Under the pieces are notes generated by a model, which had not been told where the DNA came from, ran no database searches, and was given only the letters and a program-made list of their open reading frames with translations. Below are positions 47,506 to 57,748 of a stretch of DNA of 64,000 nt, piece by piece. The stretch covers positions 42,214 to 106,213 of the forward strand of contig CALVIX010000005.1 of NCBI GenBank assembly GCA_944331895.1, given 5' to 3'. A program made the translations under genes and the position numbers. The stretch comes from an uncultured Bacilli bacterium. GTDB taxonomy: Bacteria; Bacillota_I; Bacilli_A; RF39; UBA660. Numbering within the stretch: position 1 is the stretch's first letter; each line of letters opens with the position of its first letter.

Positions 47506-48780
47506 ATGTTTATAGATGAAGTGACGATGGATTTGATCGCAGGTCGCGGCGGAGATGGTTGTATGGCATTCAGACGCGAGAAATACGTCGAAATGGGTGG
47601 CCCATTTGGTGGTAATGGCGGAAAGGGAGCTAGCATTATTTTTGAAGCCGACGAGGGATTAAATACACTGATCGATTTACGATATAAAAAATTAATAAAA
47701 GCTCCAAAAGGGGAGAATGGTCAAGGGAAAAACTGTCATGGGAAGAATAGCCCTGACGTAATTGTAAAAGTTCCAATCGGTACTGTTGTGACAGATGTTG
47801 ATACAAATTTAATTGTAGCTGATTTAACGAAGCATGGAGAAAGAGCAGTCGTTGCCCGTGGTGGACGTGGTGGAAGAGGAAATACAGCGTTTGCGACACG
47901 TCAAAATCCAGCTCCTAATTTTGCTGAAAATGGAGAACCAGGAGAAGAAAAACAAGTAAAAGTAGAATTAAAGTTACTTGCTGATGTTGGACTTGTCGGA
48001 TTACCAAGCGTTGGAAAATCGACGATTATCTCAAAAATTTCTGCATCAAAACCAAAGATTGCAGCATATCATTTTACGACGTTGAGACCAAATTTGGGAG
48101 TTGTTCGTGCGAGTGATGGAAGAAGCTTTGTCGTTGCCGATTTACCAGGGCTCATCAAGGGTGCTTCTTTAGGGGAAGGACTTGGAGATCGATTTTTAAA
48201 ACATATCGAGAGAACGCGAGTGATTGCACACGTCATCGATATGAGTGGGTTTGAAGGAAGAGATCCGTACGATGATTATGTTACGATCAATGAAGAGTTA
48301 AAGAACTTTAATGAATCTCTTATAAAGAAACCACAAATTGTCGTAGCAAATAAGATGGATGCTCCGGAGGCGAAAGAACATTTGCAAGCATTTAAAAAGA
48401 AAGTTACGGATGTTCCTGTATATGAAATTTCTGCACTAGAAAATAAAGGATTGCAACAAGTTGTCGATGCACTTGCGGATAAATTAGATACGATTGCGAA
48501 AAAGCCTCTCTATGAAGAAGAACGTTTCGAAAGCCACGTTGTTTATAAATTTAAGAAAGAACAACCATTTACAGTGACAAATGAAAATGGAACTTGGGTG
48601 ATTCGCGGAGATGAAGTAGAAAAATTATTCCGCATGTCTCGACTCAATACAGAAGAAGCGTTCTTACGTTTTTCAAATCAGTTAAAGAAACTTGGAATAG
48701 AGGATAAACTAAGAGAACTTGGTGCTCAAGATGGAGATAACGTTCGAATTTTAGATTACGAGTTTGATTATCGTTTATAG
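47506..48780 (+). CDS. obg: GTPase Obg/CgtA
   Basis: MFIDEV..GGDGCMAFRREK Obg fold, GLPSVGKST, DLPGLI, C-terminal OCT domain. Confidence 0.95.
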   Translation: MFIDEVTMDLIAGRGGDGCMAFRREKYVEMGGPFGGNGGKGASIIFEADEGLNTLIDLRYKKLIKAPKGENGQGKNCHGKNSPDVIVKVPIGTVVTDVDTNLIVADLTKHGERAVVARGGRGGRGNTAFATRQNPAPNFAENGEPGEEKQVKVELKLLADVGLVGLPSVGKSTIISKISASKPKIAAYHFTTLRPNLGVVRASDGRSFVVADLPGLIKGASLGEGLGDRFLKHIERTRVIAHVIDMSGFEGRDPYDDYVTINEELKNFNESLIKKPQIVVANKMDAPEAKEHLQAFKKKVTDVPVYEISALENKGLQQVVDALADKLDTIAKKPLYEEERFESHVVYKFKKEQPFTVTNENGTWVIRGDEVEKLFRMSRLNTEEAFLRFSNQLKKLGIEDKLRELGAQDGDNVRILDYEFDYRL

Positions 48781-48807
48781 AGAAACAGGATTCTGTTTCT
48801 TTTTTTT
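48781..48807 (+). terminator. rho-independent terminator after obg
   Basis: AGAAACAG-gatt-CTGTTTCT followed by T7. Confidence 0.8.
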
Positions 48808-48836
48808 GTGATATAATGGGAATGTAAGGTGATCAT

Positions 48837-49613
48837 ATGAATATAATGATAGGAATTATAGTTCCGCTGATTGGAACGATGCTTGGGGCAGGGATGGTTT
48901 TTTTCATGAAGCATACGCTCCCCGAGAAACTAGAAAAATCGTTACTAGGCTTTGCATCAGGTGTTATGATTGCAGCTTCTGTCTGGTCTTTGTTAGTGCC
49001 GGCAATCGAAATGGCAGAAGAACAAGGACAAACTCCATGGATAGAACCTTCGATTGGTTTTTTGCTAGGAATCGGATTTCTATTGTTATTAGACGTAATA
49101 ATTCCCCATTTACATCTTCATAGCAATGAACCAGAAGGTGTAAGAGCACGATTAAAAAAGTCTACGATGTTGCTTCTCGCCGTTACTCTGCACAATATTC
49201 CGGAAGGAATGGCAGTAGGAGTTGTCTTCGCAGGCTTTGCAGATTCTAACACGGGAATTACACTTGCAGGTGCCTTCGCTCTTTCGATTGGAATTGCTAT
49301 TCAAAATTTTCCAGAAGGTGCAATCATTTCCATGCCACTTCGAAGTGAAGGGTTCACTAAGAAAAAAGCGTTCTTGCATGGAGCACTATCGGGAGTGGTC
49401 GAACCGATTGGAGCAGCAATTACGATTTTGTTGACGAGTCAAGTGCTTCCTATTTTACCTGTTTTATTATCGTTTGCGGCTGGAGCAATGATTTATGTGG
49501 TGGTAGAAGAATTGATTCCGGAATCTCATACAGGGGAACATTCTAATTTAGGTACGATTGGAGTGGCACTTGGTTTTGTATTGATGATGATTTTAGATAT
49601 TGCATTAGGGTAG
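48837..49613 (+). CDS. ZIP-family divalent metal transporter
   Basis: LHNIPEGMAVG and IQNFPEG motifs. About 8 TM. Confidence 0.8.
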   Translation: MNIMIGIIVPLIGTMLGAGMVFFMKHTLPEKLEKSLLGFASGVMIAASVWSLLVPAIEMAEEQGQTPWIEPSIGFLLGIGFLLLLDVIIPHLHLHSNEPEGVRARLKKSTMLLLAVTLHNIPEGMAVGVVFAGFADSNTGITLAGAFALSIGIAIQNFPEGAIISMPLRSEGFTKKKAFLHGALSGVVEPIGAAITILLTSQVLPILPVLLSFAAGAMIYVVVEELIPESHTGEHSNLGTIGVALGFVLMMILDIALG

Positions 49614-49621
49614 GTGAAAAA

Positions 49622-50332
49622 ATGGATACGTTGGAAGAAATGATACGAAAGAGTAATTATATTGTTTTCTTTGGAGGGGCTGGTGTATCTACGGAAAGCG
49701 GGATCCCAGATTTTCGTGGTGCGAAAGGATTGTATCAAAATGGTGAGTTTCCAGCAGAGATTATGCTTTCTCACACGTTTTACGAAGAACATCCAGAAGA
49801 GTTTCAAGAATTTTATTTAAAACACTTAGTGTATCCGAAGGCAGAGCCAAACTTAGCTCATCAAGCATTAGCACACTTAGAAAAAATTGGAAAGTTAAAA
49901 GCTGTGGTTACGCAAAATATCGATGGGTTACATCAGAAAGCTGGAAGTAAAAATGTCTTAGAACTCCATGGGAGTATTCATAGAAATACATGTCAAAGCT
50001 GCGGTAGGAAATATTCTTTAGAGGACATTTTAGAAAAACATCGCGATTTTAAATGTTCCTGCGGTGGTAGAATTAAACCAGATGTCGTCTTGTATGAAGA
50101 ACCACTTGATAACGATGTGTTTGAAGCGGCAATACAAGCGATTTCACATTGTGATATGTTTATCATTGGTGGAACTTCTTTGGCTGTTTATCCGGCTGCA
50201 AGTTTAGTTCATTATTTCAAAGGGAAACATTTGGTTTTGATCAATCAAACGGAAACTCCGTATGACCATTTGGCAGACTTAGTCATTCATGCTTCTATTG
50301 CAGATGTGCTTTCTAAATGGGTTGAAAAGTAA
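49622..50332 (+). CDS. cobB: NAD-dependent protein deacylase (Sir2 family)
   Basis: GAGVSTESGIPDFRG, TQNIDGLH, Cys4 zinc ribbon (CQSCG..CSCGG). Confidence 0.9.
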   Translation: MDTLEEMIRKSNYIVFFGGAGVSTESGIPDFRGAKGLYQNGEFPAEIMLSHTFYEEHPEEFQEFYLKHLVYPKAEPNLAHQALAHLEKIGKLKAVVTQNIDGLHQKAGSKNVLELHGSIHRNTCQSCGRKYSLEDILEKHRDFKCSCGGRIKPDVVLYEEPLDNDVFEAAIQAISHCDMFIIGGTSLAVYPAASLVHYFKGKHLVLINQTETPYDHLADLVIHASIADVLSKWVEK

Positions 50333-50586
50333 GGTTCAATTTAGGTTGAATCTTTTTTTTGTGGGGCGATTCCATAATTTCCCACATTCTTTTTAAATTC
50401 TTACCATAATTTTTCTTTAGAATGTAAGTATCGGAGGTGATAAAAAACAGTGAAAATAAAATAACATGACAGAAGCAACAATAAAATGAAAATATAAAAA
50501 TACACTCCTAAACACGACAGAAGGGATGGTGATAATGAGTAGAAATGAAAATAGAATAGTGATATACTATTAAACGAGGTGTTATT

Positions 50587-51246
50587 ATGTATAAGATTTG
50601 CTTAGTAGAAGATGAAGAAAATTTAAATCAATTAATCAAATCCTATTTAACCCGCGCAGGCTATGAAGTGGTTAACTTCTTGAATGGAGAAGACGCGATG
50701 AATTATATAGGAAATGAAGTTCATTTATGGATTTTAGACATTATGTTGGGTGATCAAATTAGTGGATATGATATTATTAAAAAAATCAGGGAAGAGTCGA
50801 AAGATGTTCCAGTTATATTCACATCTGCACGTGATCAAGATCTAGATAAAATCATCGGCTTAGAGCTTGGAAGTGATGATTATGTAACCAAACCTTACTC
50901 TCCTAAAGAACTCGTGTTACGTGTGAACAACATGATGAAGCGTGTTTACGATAATCATCCATCGGATAAAGTCACATATGAAGATTACGAAATTAATTTA
51001 TCGAAACGAATGGTATATCAGCAGGGAAAAGAGATTAATTTAACAACGTTAGAGTTTGATTTATTACTTTTATTTATCAATCATAAAAATAAATCATTTA
51101 GTCGAGATGACATATTGAAAAATGTTTGGGGCGAAGATTATTTTGGAAGTGATCGTGTCGTAGATGATCTAGTCAGACGTTTACGAAAGAAAATGCCGAA
51201 TCTTCACATTAATACTCTCTACGGATTTGGGTATCGACTTATATGA
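50587..51246 (+). CDS. OmpR-family response regulator
   Basis: Receiver domain (DIMLGD..) plus winged-helix domain (LTTLEFDLLLLF...GFGYRL). Confidence 0.9.
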   Translation: MYKICLVEDEENLNQLIKSYLTRAGYEVVNFLNGEDAMNYIGNEVHLWILDIMLGDQISGYDIIKKIREESKDVPVIFTSARDQDLDKIIGLELGSDDYVTKPYSPKELVLRVNNMMKRVYDNHPSDKVTYEDYEINLSKRMVYQQGKEINLTTLEFDLLLLFINHKNKSFSRDDILKNVWGEDYFGSDRVVDDLVRRLRKKMPNLHINTLYGFGYRLI

Positions 51247-52526
51247 GAGCTTCGAAACCTACAAAGAACCTAAAGCAAACATTGAGTCATCAATTGATTT
51301 CAATTGGTTTTATTATATGTATGATTATATTTATGTCGCTCGGTATTTTACTCCCACGTACTTTGATGCCGGTTTATGAAAACAACATTTATCAATATTT
51401 AAAACAACCTTTGGAATTGATCGATTATGAGATCGATAGTAGCCAGGTTAATAGTACGCTTGCATACCTCTACGTAACGGGAGATAATGAAATTATTGCG
51501 AGTGACAATTTATCTAAAGTGATCTCGGCTAATCCAGAGCAAGTCTTAAGATTTATAGATAAAGATTACGGGAAATTTAAATTCTTAGGTGCTACATATT
51601 ATTACAATACCTCATATAATCAATATGTAACTAAGATTTCAATTACTGATGATAGTTATATTTTGCAAATGAAGAAAGATATCTTATATACGATATTTCC
51701 TATCATCTTAATTACAGTTCTTTTAATTGCCGCACTGTTGATCTTTTGGTCGAGACGACTAGTGTTAAAAATTGAGCATTTAAAAGAAAAGGTAGACAAC
51801 TTATCAAATGATAATTATAAAGATGGATATCGTTATGGTGATGACGATGAATTGATGGCACTTTCGAATGCTATTGACAATATGCACTTAAAATTAAAAG
51901 AAGAAGAAGAATATAAAAACCAAATGTACCAGAATATATCGCATGATTTTAAAACTCCTCTCACAGTCATAAAATCTTATATTGAAGCGATAGAAGATGG
52001 GGTACAAGCACCTGCTGAAGGATTTGAAATCATTAAGCAGCAGGTAGATAAATTAGAACTCAAAGTACACTCCTTACTATACTTGAATAAGTTAAACTAT
52101 ATCAAAGATTCGAAAAATTATATAGAAGAGCATATTGATGTTGTGAAAGTGATACGAAAGTCAGTTGATAAGTTTAAAGTAATTGCACCGCAGCTTTATT
52201 GGAAGATAGAATTAAAAGATAAGAATACTATCTATCGTGGCAGCGAAGATATGTGGGAAGCTGTGATTGACAATATGCTTCAAAATTTTATACGCTATGC
52301 GAAACACGAGGTTAAAATTACACTGAAGAAAAACACACTGCAACTATATAACGATGGCCCTAATATCGATCCTAATATTTTAAATGATATCTTTACCCCT
52401 TATAAAAAAGGTATCAATGGTCAATTCGGATTAGGATTGTCGATCGTCAAAAAAACTCTCGCCTTGTGTAATTATGAAATTAGCGTAAAAAATGAAAAGA
52501 AAGGTGTCAGTTTTATGATTAAATAG
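51243..52526 (+). CDS. sensor histidine kinase
   Basis: Two TM helices, HAMP-like linker, SHDFKTPLT H-box, N and G boxes (GLGLSIVK). ATGA overlap with the regulator gene. Confidence 0.9.
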   Translation: MRASKPTKNLKQTLSHQLISIGFIICMIIFMSLGILLPRTLMPVYENNIYQYLKQPLELIDYEIDSSQVNSTLAYLYVTGDNEIIASDNLSKVISANPEQVLRFIDKDYGKFKFLGATYYYNTSYNQYVTKISITDDSYILQMKKDILYTIFPIILITVLLIAALLIFWSRRLVLKIEHLKEKVDNLSNDNYKDGYRYGDDDELMALSNAIDNMHLKLKEEEEYKNQMYQNISHDFKTPLTVIKSYIEAIEDGVQAPAEGFEIIKQQVDKLELKVHSLLYLNKLNYIKDSKNYIEEHIDVVKVIRKSVDKFKVIAPQLYWKIELKDKNTIYRGSEDMWEAVIDNMLQNFIRYAKHEVKITLKKNTLQLYNDGPNIDPNILNDIFTPYKKGINGQFGLGLSIVKKTLALCNYEISVKNEKKGVSFMIK

Positions 52527-52561
52527 AAAAAAGGTTAGGCCCAAGGGTTTGACCTTTTTTT
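52527..52561 (+). terminator. rho-independent terminator after the kinase gene
   Basis: AAAAAAGGTTAGGCCC-aa-GGGTTTGACCTTTTTT (stem includes G-U pairs). Confidence 0.7.
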
Positions 52562-52595
52562 CGTGCTTGTATGATATAATAGCTATGGTGATCAT

Positions 52596-53741
52596 ATGGG
52601 AAAAATATTGGATTATGAAGAAATGTTATATCATTTGGATCAATTGGACTCGAATGTGATTCGAAAAATGCCACCGATTGGATATACCACACATGGCTAT
52701 CCAATTCCGCATTATACTTATGGGACGGGATCTGCGCATGTTATTTTAACTGCGGGGACACATGCTACGGAGTTGATTGGAAACTGCTTTTTAATTCATT
52801 TTATGGAGCAACTTTCAAATAGACTCATTGATTTAGATCCTGCGAAGATCACACTTCATTTTTTACCGATTTTAAATCCGGAGGGAACAATTATTGTGAC
52901 GAGTGCAATTCGTTCGTTGATACCTAGAGATACTAGTGAAATTACGGAACAATTTCTGGCAACGACGTATTATGGAAATTGTAAGATCGACGATACTGGG
53001 GATACCTCGTTGTGCTTAGACATGTTTTCGCATGCCACATGGGATATGATCGATGATAAACATACGAAATTGAAACGACATTTACAATTGCTAGATGAAC
53101 AGTATCATTATCCGAAAGGAGTTATGATTGCTTGGAGTAGTAATGGAAATGGAATAGATTTAAATTCAAATGTAGTTCCTACTAAATATTTAAAAGATAC
53201 GTTAGAGGGAAATAAGGTATATGGGGAAGGACATCGGCGCTTGTTATGTCTTACAGAACCCGGACCGTATGGATGCCCAACGAAGAAAGAATGTTTTCAA
53301 TTAGAGGTGGAGAATAGAGCATTACTTCATTTTTATGAGAATTGTATGAGTTCTCATAATGTGATTGGAAGTATTATTTATCATGCATGTGGTGGGCAGG
53401 TTATTTACTTAGATGATATTGGCATATCACCTTGGAGGGAAAAACCAACCTCTGATGAAATAGAATATAACCGAATGGTAGCAAAAGTATATGCAGATGA
53501 AACAAAATATCAGATGAACCCTAATACGAGTTATACGACGATGGATGCAAAAATTAAGACTATGCTTCCGGGAACACTTCTAATAGAATTAACGCCGATG
53601 AGAGGGACTCCATTAGGACAATTTGTAAATTCAGAACTGGGATTGTATGATGAGACGATGGAAAGGAATACGAGAGCAGTCACTGAAACCGTAAAGAAGA
53701 TGTGTTTGCATGCGCCAAGTATATGTAAAAAAGATGTATAG
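52596..53741 (+). CDS. M14-family metallocarboxypeptidase-like protein, cytoplasmic
   Basis: GTHATE (HxxE zinc motif) early in the protein. No signal peptide. Confidence 0.55.
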   Translation: MGKILDYEEMLYHLDQLDSNVIRKMPPIGYTTHGYPIPHYTYGTGSAHVILTAGTHATELIGNCFLIHFMEQLSNRLIDLDPAKITLHFLPILNPEGTIIVTSAIRSLIPRDTSEITEQFLATTYYGNCKIDDTGDTSLCLDMFSHATWDMIDDKHTKLKRHLQLLDEQYHYPKGVMIAWSSNGNGIDLNSNVVPTKYLKDTLEGNKVYGEGHRRLLCLTEPGPYGCPTKKECFQLEVENRALLHFYENCMSSHNVIGSIIYHACGGQVIYLDDIGISPWREKPTSDEIEYNRMVAKVYADETKYQMNPNTSYTTMDAKIKTMLPGTLLIELTPMRGTPLGQFVNSELGLYDETMERNTRAVTETVKKMCLHAPSICKKDV

Positions 53742-53817
53742 AGACTACAAAAACAATTGTGTCTCTTTTCATTTACTTGAAAACTATGTATAATGAAATT
53801 AGATTGGAGGGGTGGCT

Positions 53818-55095
53818 GTGTTTTTTACGAAAATACCAAGTTTAAAAAAAGCAACAGAGAAGAAAAAAATCAAGATTGCACAAAGACCAAACTATGTTTA
53901 TATCCCACTTATCAATCAGAACGACGAAAATATCACACGTCTTGTCAAAAAGGGAGATTATATATATAAAGGGCAGTCTGTTGGAAGAAGAAAAGGGAAC
54001 TTACGTATTCCGATCCCTTCTAGTGTAAGTGGAACTGTAGTAGGTTTTGAAGAACATACTTATCTGAATGGCAAAAAGGTAAAGTGTGTCGTGATTGAAA
54101 ATGATTTCAAGGAGAAAACAGAGCGCCGTTTGGGTGTAAAAAAGGATTTAACTAAGTTTACAAAAGAAGAATTTATAGAACGGTTACAAGAGATGGGAAT
54201 CGTCGGAATGGGTGGAACAGGATTCCCGACGTATGTGAAATATAACACGAACAAAAAAATTCATACACTCATCATCAATGCAGTAGAATGTGAACCATAC
54301 ATTACTGCTGATTTTGCACTTTTAAAAGAGCATGTAGAAGAAATATTAGAAGCGATTGACGCGGTGATGGAGATATGTCATATCGATGAAACTTTGATTG
54401 CCGTTAAAAAAGAAAATACTGAATTGATCGAGTTATTATCTAACTTTGTTGGAACGTATTTAAAAATGAAAATTGCTCCTGTTTCAAATAGGTATCCATC
54501 TGGATGGGAAAAAGGACTTGTGTATCAATTAAAGCGAGTTAGTTATCAAGTTACTTCTGTAGAACGTGGCATTATCGTAAGTAATGTCTCTACGATGTAT
54601 GCGATTTATGAAGCGTTGAAGTATCATGCCCCACTCACAGAAAGAGTTGTTACATTTACGGGAGAGATGTTGAAAGATCCACAAAACATCCAAGTAAAAA
54701 TAGGTACGAAAGTAAGTGAATTGATCGAGACGATCGGAGGATATCACAAGGGAGACGATCTTTATTTCGTGGCTGGTGGACCTATGATGGGAAAATCTCT
54801 ACCGGATGATGATCTCGTTGTGAGCGCTAATTTGAATTGTGTGTTAGTCCTTCCAAAGCAAAAAGAACAAGAGGCAACGACTTGTATTCGCTGTGGTAAA
54901 TGTGTAGAACATTGTCCAGCTAAGTTAAGCCCAGTTTTGATTGCTCGCGCAAAAGGAGACGTGAAGAAATTACAAAAACTTCAAGCAGATCGTTGTATTG
55001 AATGTGGGCTATGTTCTTACATTTGTCCAGCTCGTATCAACGTGCGAGAAAAAGTTGTGGAAGCAAAAAAACTATTAGAAGAAAGTAGTGAGTAA
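53818..55095 (+). CDS. rnfC: RnfC-like electron-transport subunit
   Basis: GTG at 53818, 7 nt after GGAGG (tracked GTG 53812 is too close). GIVGMGGTGFPTYVKY, CIRCGKCVEHCP and CIECGLCSYICP ferredoxin motifs. Confidence 0.8.
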   Translation: MFFTKIPSLKKATEKKKIKIAQRPNYVYIPLINQNDENITRLVKKGDYIYKGQSVGRRKGNLRIPIPSSVSGTVVGFEEHTYLNGKKVKCVVIENDFKEKTERRLGVKKDLTKFTKEEFIERLQEMGIVGMGGTGFPTYVKYNTNKKIHTLIINAVECEPYITADFALLKEHVEEILEAIDAVMEICHIDETLIAVKKENTELIELLSNFVGTYLKMKIAPVSNRYPSGWEKGLVYQLKRVSYQVTSVERGIIVSNVSTMYAIYEALKYHAPLTERVVTFTGEMLKDPQNIQVKIGTKVSELIETIGGYHKGDDLYFVAGGPMMGKSLPDDDLVVSANLNCVLVLPKQKEQEATTCIRCGKCVEHCPAKLSPVLIARAKGDVKKLQKLQADRCIECGLCSYICPARINVREKVVEAKKLLEESSE

Positions 55096-56578
55096 AATGA
55101 AAAAATTTCATATCAATCATAGCACTCATATTCATGCGGAACAGTCGACAAGTCAACTTGTGCAGCACTATTTGATTGCACTTTTACCACTTGTCTTATT
55201 CGCATTTTTCAAAAATGGAATTTTCCCGTATATGAAGGGACTTTCGGGAATATATGATCTTTTCTTACCACTTTTGATCATTGGAGTGAGTGTTTTAGGA
55301 TCATTTTTATCGGAATTTGGATATTTATGGATTCGACAAAAAATAAAAAAGGAACCCTTTTCGTTCACCCAATTTTGGGAGCAAACTTATTTTTACTTGC
55401 CGGGAATTATTTTGGCATTGTTGTTTCCATTACATACGCCACTTTATTTAGTATTACTTTCTAGTGTAGTTGCAACGTTAGTAGGGAAGATGGCGTTTGG
55501 AGGGTTTGGAAAGAACACATTCCATCCATCTTTGATTGGCTATGTATTTGTAATGATTCTTTTTGGAAGTGTCATTGCATCGAGTGGTGGAAGCTTTAGT
55601 GCGTTAGAAGTGTCGAACGGTTTTACGCAAACACCTATAGAGATGATGCTTGCAACTGATGGTATAGGAAATTATCCAACGTTTGTGGCACCATTTACGC
55701 GTATGTTAAATTTTGTCATCGGTATGGTACCAGGAGGACTGGGAACGACGAGTGCGATTTTATGTTTACTAGGATTTGTCTATTTGATCGTAAATCGTGC
55801 GATCAAGTGGAAGATTCCAGTGTTTTATATCGGCACGGTATTTGTTATCTCTTATATGATTGGTGCTTATCAAGGACTTGGTCTATGGTATTCATGTTAT
55901 CAAGTGATGATCGGTGGACTTATGTTTGGAGCGATTTTTGTCGCATCTGATCCAATCACCTCACCAACGACACCAATCGGTCAAATCTTATATGGTATTA
56001 CGTTGGGAATCTTAACAGTTGTTTTCAGATTTGTATTTCCAATCGAACTAGGAGTAGCGCTCAGTATTTTGCTTTTAAGTGCGTTTGTCTTTGCTTTTGA
56101 TATCGTCGGAAGTAGGGCAAGATTTCAATTTAGCGTGGCTATGGCACCGTTTTGTATCGCATGGACATGTATCTTGTTATTAGGTGTATATATCGGGACT
56201 ACATATCCAACAACGCCAATTCCGGTCGTAGAGGAAGAACCTGAAGAAGTAGAAGTGGAGCCACTGAGACAAGAGTATCAAATCGTGAGCGATCAAATAC
56301 AAGCGCCTTATCATATATACGAAGTCTTAGATAGTACAAGCTCGGGAAATTATACTTTGCAGATCTATACGTTAGATCATACGATATCTTCGCTCTCTCT
56401 TACGAGTCATGCGGAAACTGAAGAGACTTATCAAGCTTTTATGAGTAGTAATTATCTCGGTCAAATTATTGTCAATCAAGCACATTTAGAGCAACTGCAA
56501 CCAATTCCAAATATGGAATTATCAAGCGCAGTGAAAGATACAGTAGAGCAATTTTATCAAGCTTTACAATTGTTGTAA
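55088..56578 (+). CDS. rnfD: RnfD-like membrane subunit fused to an RnfG-like (degenerate FMN_bind) C-terminal domain
   Basis: NQR2/RnfD/RnfE core (ALLPL..FFKNG, ASDPITSP). Then an extra TM helix, the acidic linker VVEEEPEEVEVEP, and a domain patterned like FMN_bind (TSHAETEETY...IPNMELSSAVKDTV). Start may be the ATG at 55097. Confidence 0.7.
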   Translation: MSKMKKFHINHSTHIHAEQSTSQLVQHYLIALLPLVLFAFFKNGIFPYMKGLSGIYDLFLPLLIIGVSVLGSFLSEFGYLWIRQKIKKEPFSFTQFWEQTYFYLPGIILALLFPLHTPLYLVLLSSVVATLVGKMAFGGFGKNTFHPSLIGYVFVMILFGSVIASSGGSFSALEVSNGFTQTPIEMMLATDGIGNYPTFVAPFTRMLNFVIGMVPGGLGTTSAILCLLGFVYLIVNRAIKWKIPVFYIGTVFVISYMIGAYQGLGLWYSCYQVMIGGLMFGAIFVASDPITSPTTPIGQILYGITLGILTVVFRFVFPIELGVALSILLLSAFVFAFDIVGSRARFQFSVAMAPFCIAWTCILLLGVYIGTTYPTTPIPVVEEEPEEVEVEPLRQEYQIVSDQIQAPYHIYEVLDSTSSGNYTLQIYTLDHTISSLSLTSHAETEETYQAFMSSNYLGQIIVNQAHLEQLQPIPNMELSSAVKDTVEQFYQALQLL

Positions 56579-56584
56579 AAAAAG

Positions 56585-56611
56585 AAAAGTTGGAAATGAT
56601 CCAACTTTTTT
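56585..56611. terminator. bidirectional terminator (rnfD-like / rpmB)
   Basis: AAAAGTTGGA-aatga-TCCAACTTTTTT. Confidence 0.8.
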
Positions 56612-56612
56612 C

Positions 56613-56792
56613 TTAAGCATTTTTTGAAGCTTTGTTTAATGTTCTAAGTTCTCTAGCAGTCATTCTTACTGACTCTCCGTTATCTAATGTAACTTTTTGT
56701 AAGTTAGGTTTTTGCACACGTCTTGTAGCATTACATGCGTGTGATCTTCTATTTCCTGCTAATGGTTTTTTTGAAGTTATTTTCTTTGCCAT
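56613..56792 (-). CDS. rpmB: 50S ribosomal protein L28 (59 aa, not in the ORF track)
   Basis: Reverse translation gives MAKKITSKKPLAGNRRSHACNATRRVQKPNLQKVTLDNGESVRMTARELRTLNKASKNA. RBS AAGGAGGA. Confidence 0.9.
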   Translation of the reverse strand: MAKKITSKKPLAGNRRSHACNATRRVQKPNLQKVTLDNGESVRMTARELRTLNKASKNA

Positions 56793-56880
56793 ACTATCCT
56801 CCTTATACTGATTCTCTTATTTTGGTTTTTTCCCTATGCCTTACCACTTTATCATAAATGCTAGGGAAAGTCAATCTAAA

Positions 56881-57747
56881 TTAGTCATATAACTCGTTTT
56901 TTAATAATTCTAAGTTTTCGTACATTAACGTTACATAATCTTTCTTTTCGTTTCTCTGTTGTTCTGTCAAATTAGAGATACTATGGAACGTTTGAAGTTG
57001 TACTCCTGTTTGTTTTTGTAATCGAGAGATCGTATTATTCGTTTCTTCGTTGTCTAGTGTAAAGATATAATTGATTGTTCCGTTTTGAATCATCGTTTTG
57101 ACATCTACAACTGTTTTGTCTGTCAGGTTGTTATTTTCTTCTAATGAAATAACAGTGAATCCGTATTTTTCTAGGAATTTGAACACATCGTTTGATACTA
57201 CGATGATTGGATTGTCAGAACTTTCACTAATCAATTTTAATTCTGCATCCAGATTAGAAACTTCGATACGAAGATCATTGTAATGTTCTTCGATTTCATT
57301 TTTTAAATAGTGATTATTGATGTATTCTTTTAAACCGTTTCGGATATTTTGTGCTAACATCAAGAAGTTAGATGGATCGAGCCATAGTTCTTCCATTTCG
57401 TAATTATATTCCATCGTAAGCGTCGTGTCGATAATTTTAATGTTTTTATTTTCGTTGACCATCGGAATCACGTAATCTTTTTCTTTTGAAAGTCCATTGA
57501 AAATAAATAAACTAGCTTTACTATAGTCTTTGATTTGCTTATTTGTCAGATTGTAATTTTCGATATTGACACCATCTGGATAAATACTTTTAATCGTACT
57601 ATGTTCGCCATATAAGGTCTGTGTAATATACTCGATAGGGTAAGTTGTCGTGTAGATTTCGATTCCTTCTAAATCGTCCCTTTTTAAACATCCTGTCATA
57701 AAGCTCGATACGAGGACTGTCAATAATAGTATTCCTAATTTCTTCAT
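56881..57747 (-). CDS. ZnuA/TroA-fold substrate-binding lipoprotein lacking the usual His ligands; orphan
   Basis: Start at MKKLGILLLTVLVSSFMTGC (lipobox MTGC) behind AAAAGGAGAA. ZnuA-like layout, but NIENYNL and ELWLDPSN occur where DPH.Y and H.W.DP are expected. Confidence 0.6.
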   Translation of the reverse strand: MKKLGILLLTVLVSSFMTGCLKRDDLEGIEIYTTTYPIEYITQTLYGEHSTIKSIYPDGVNIENYNLTNKQIKDYSKASLFIFNGLSKEKDYVIPMVNENKNIKIIDTTLTMEYNYEMEELWLDPSNFLMLAQNIRNGLKEYINNHYLKNEIEEHYNDLRIEVSNLDAELKLISESSDNPIIVVSNDVFKFLEKYGFTVISLEENNNLTDKTVVDVKTMIQNGTINYIFTLDNEETNNTISRLQKQTGVQLQTFHSISNLTEQQRNEKKDYVTLMYENLELLKNELYD

Positions 57748-57748
57748 A

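Noticed and set aside
50361-50586. 226-nt gap before the two-component system, with GGAGGTGA followed by a 4-codon mini-ORF (GTG AAA ATA AAA TAA) and other tiny ORFs
   Set aside because: The mini-ORFs are too short and unconserved-looking to support a leader-peptide or pheromone call. No convincing terminator/antiterminator or ncRNA structure was found.
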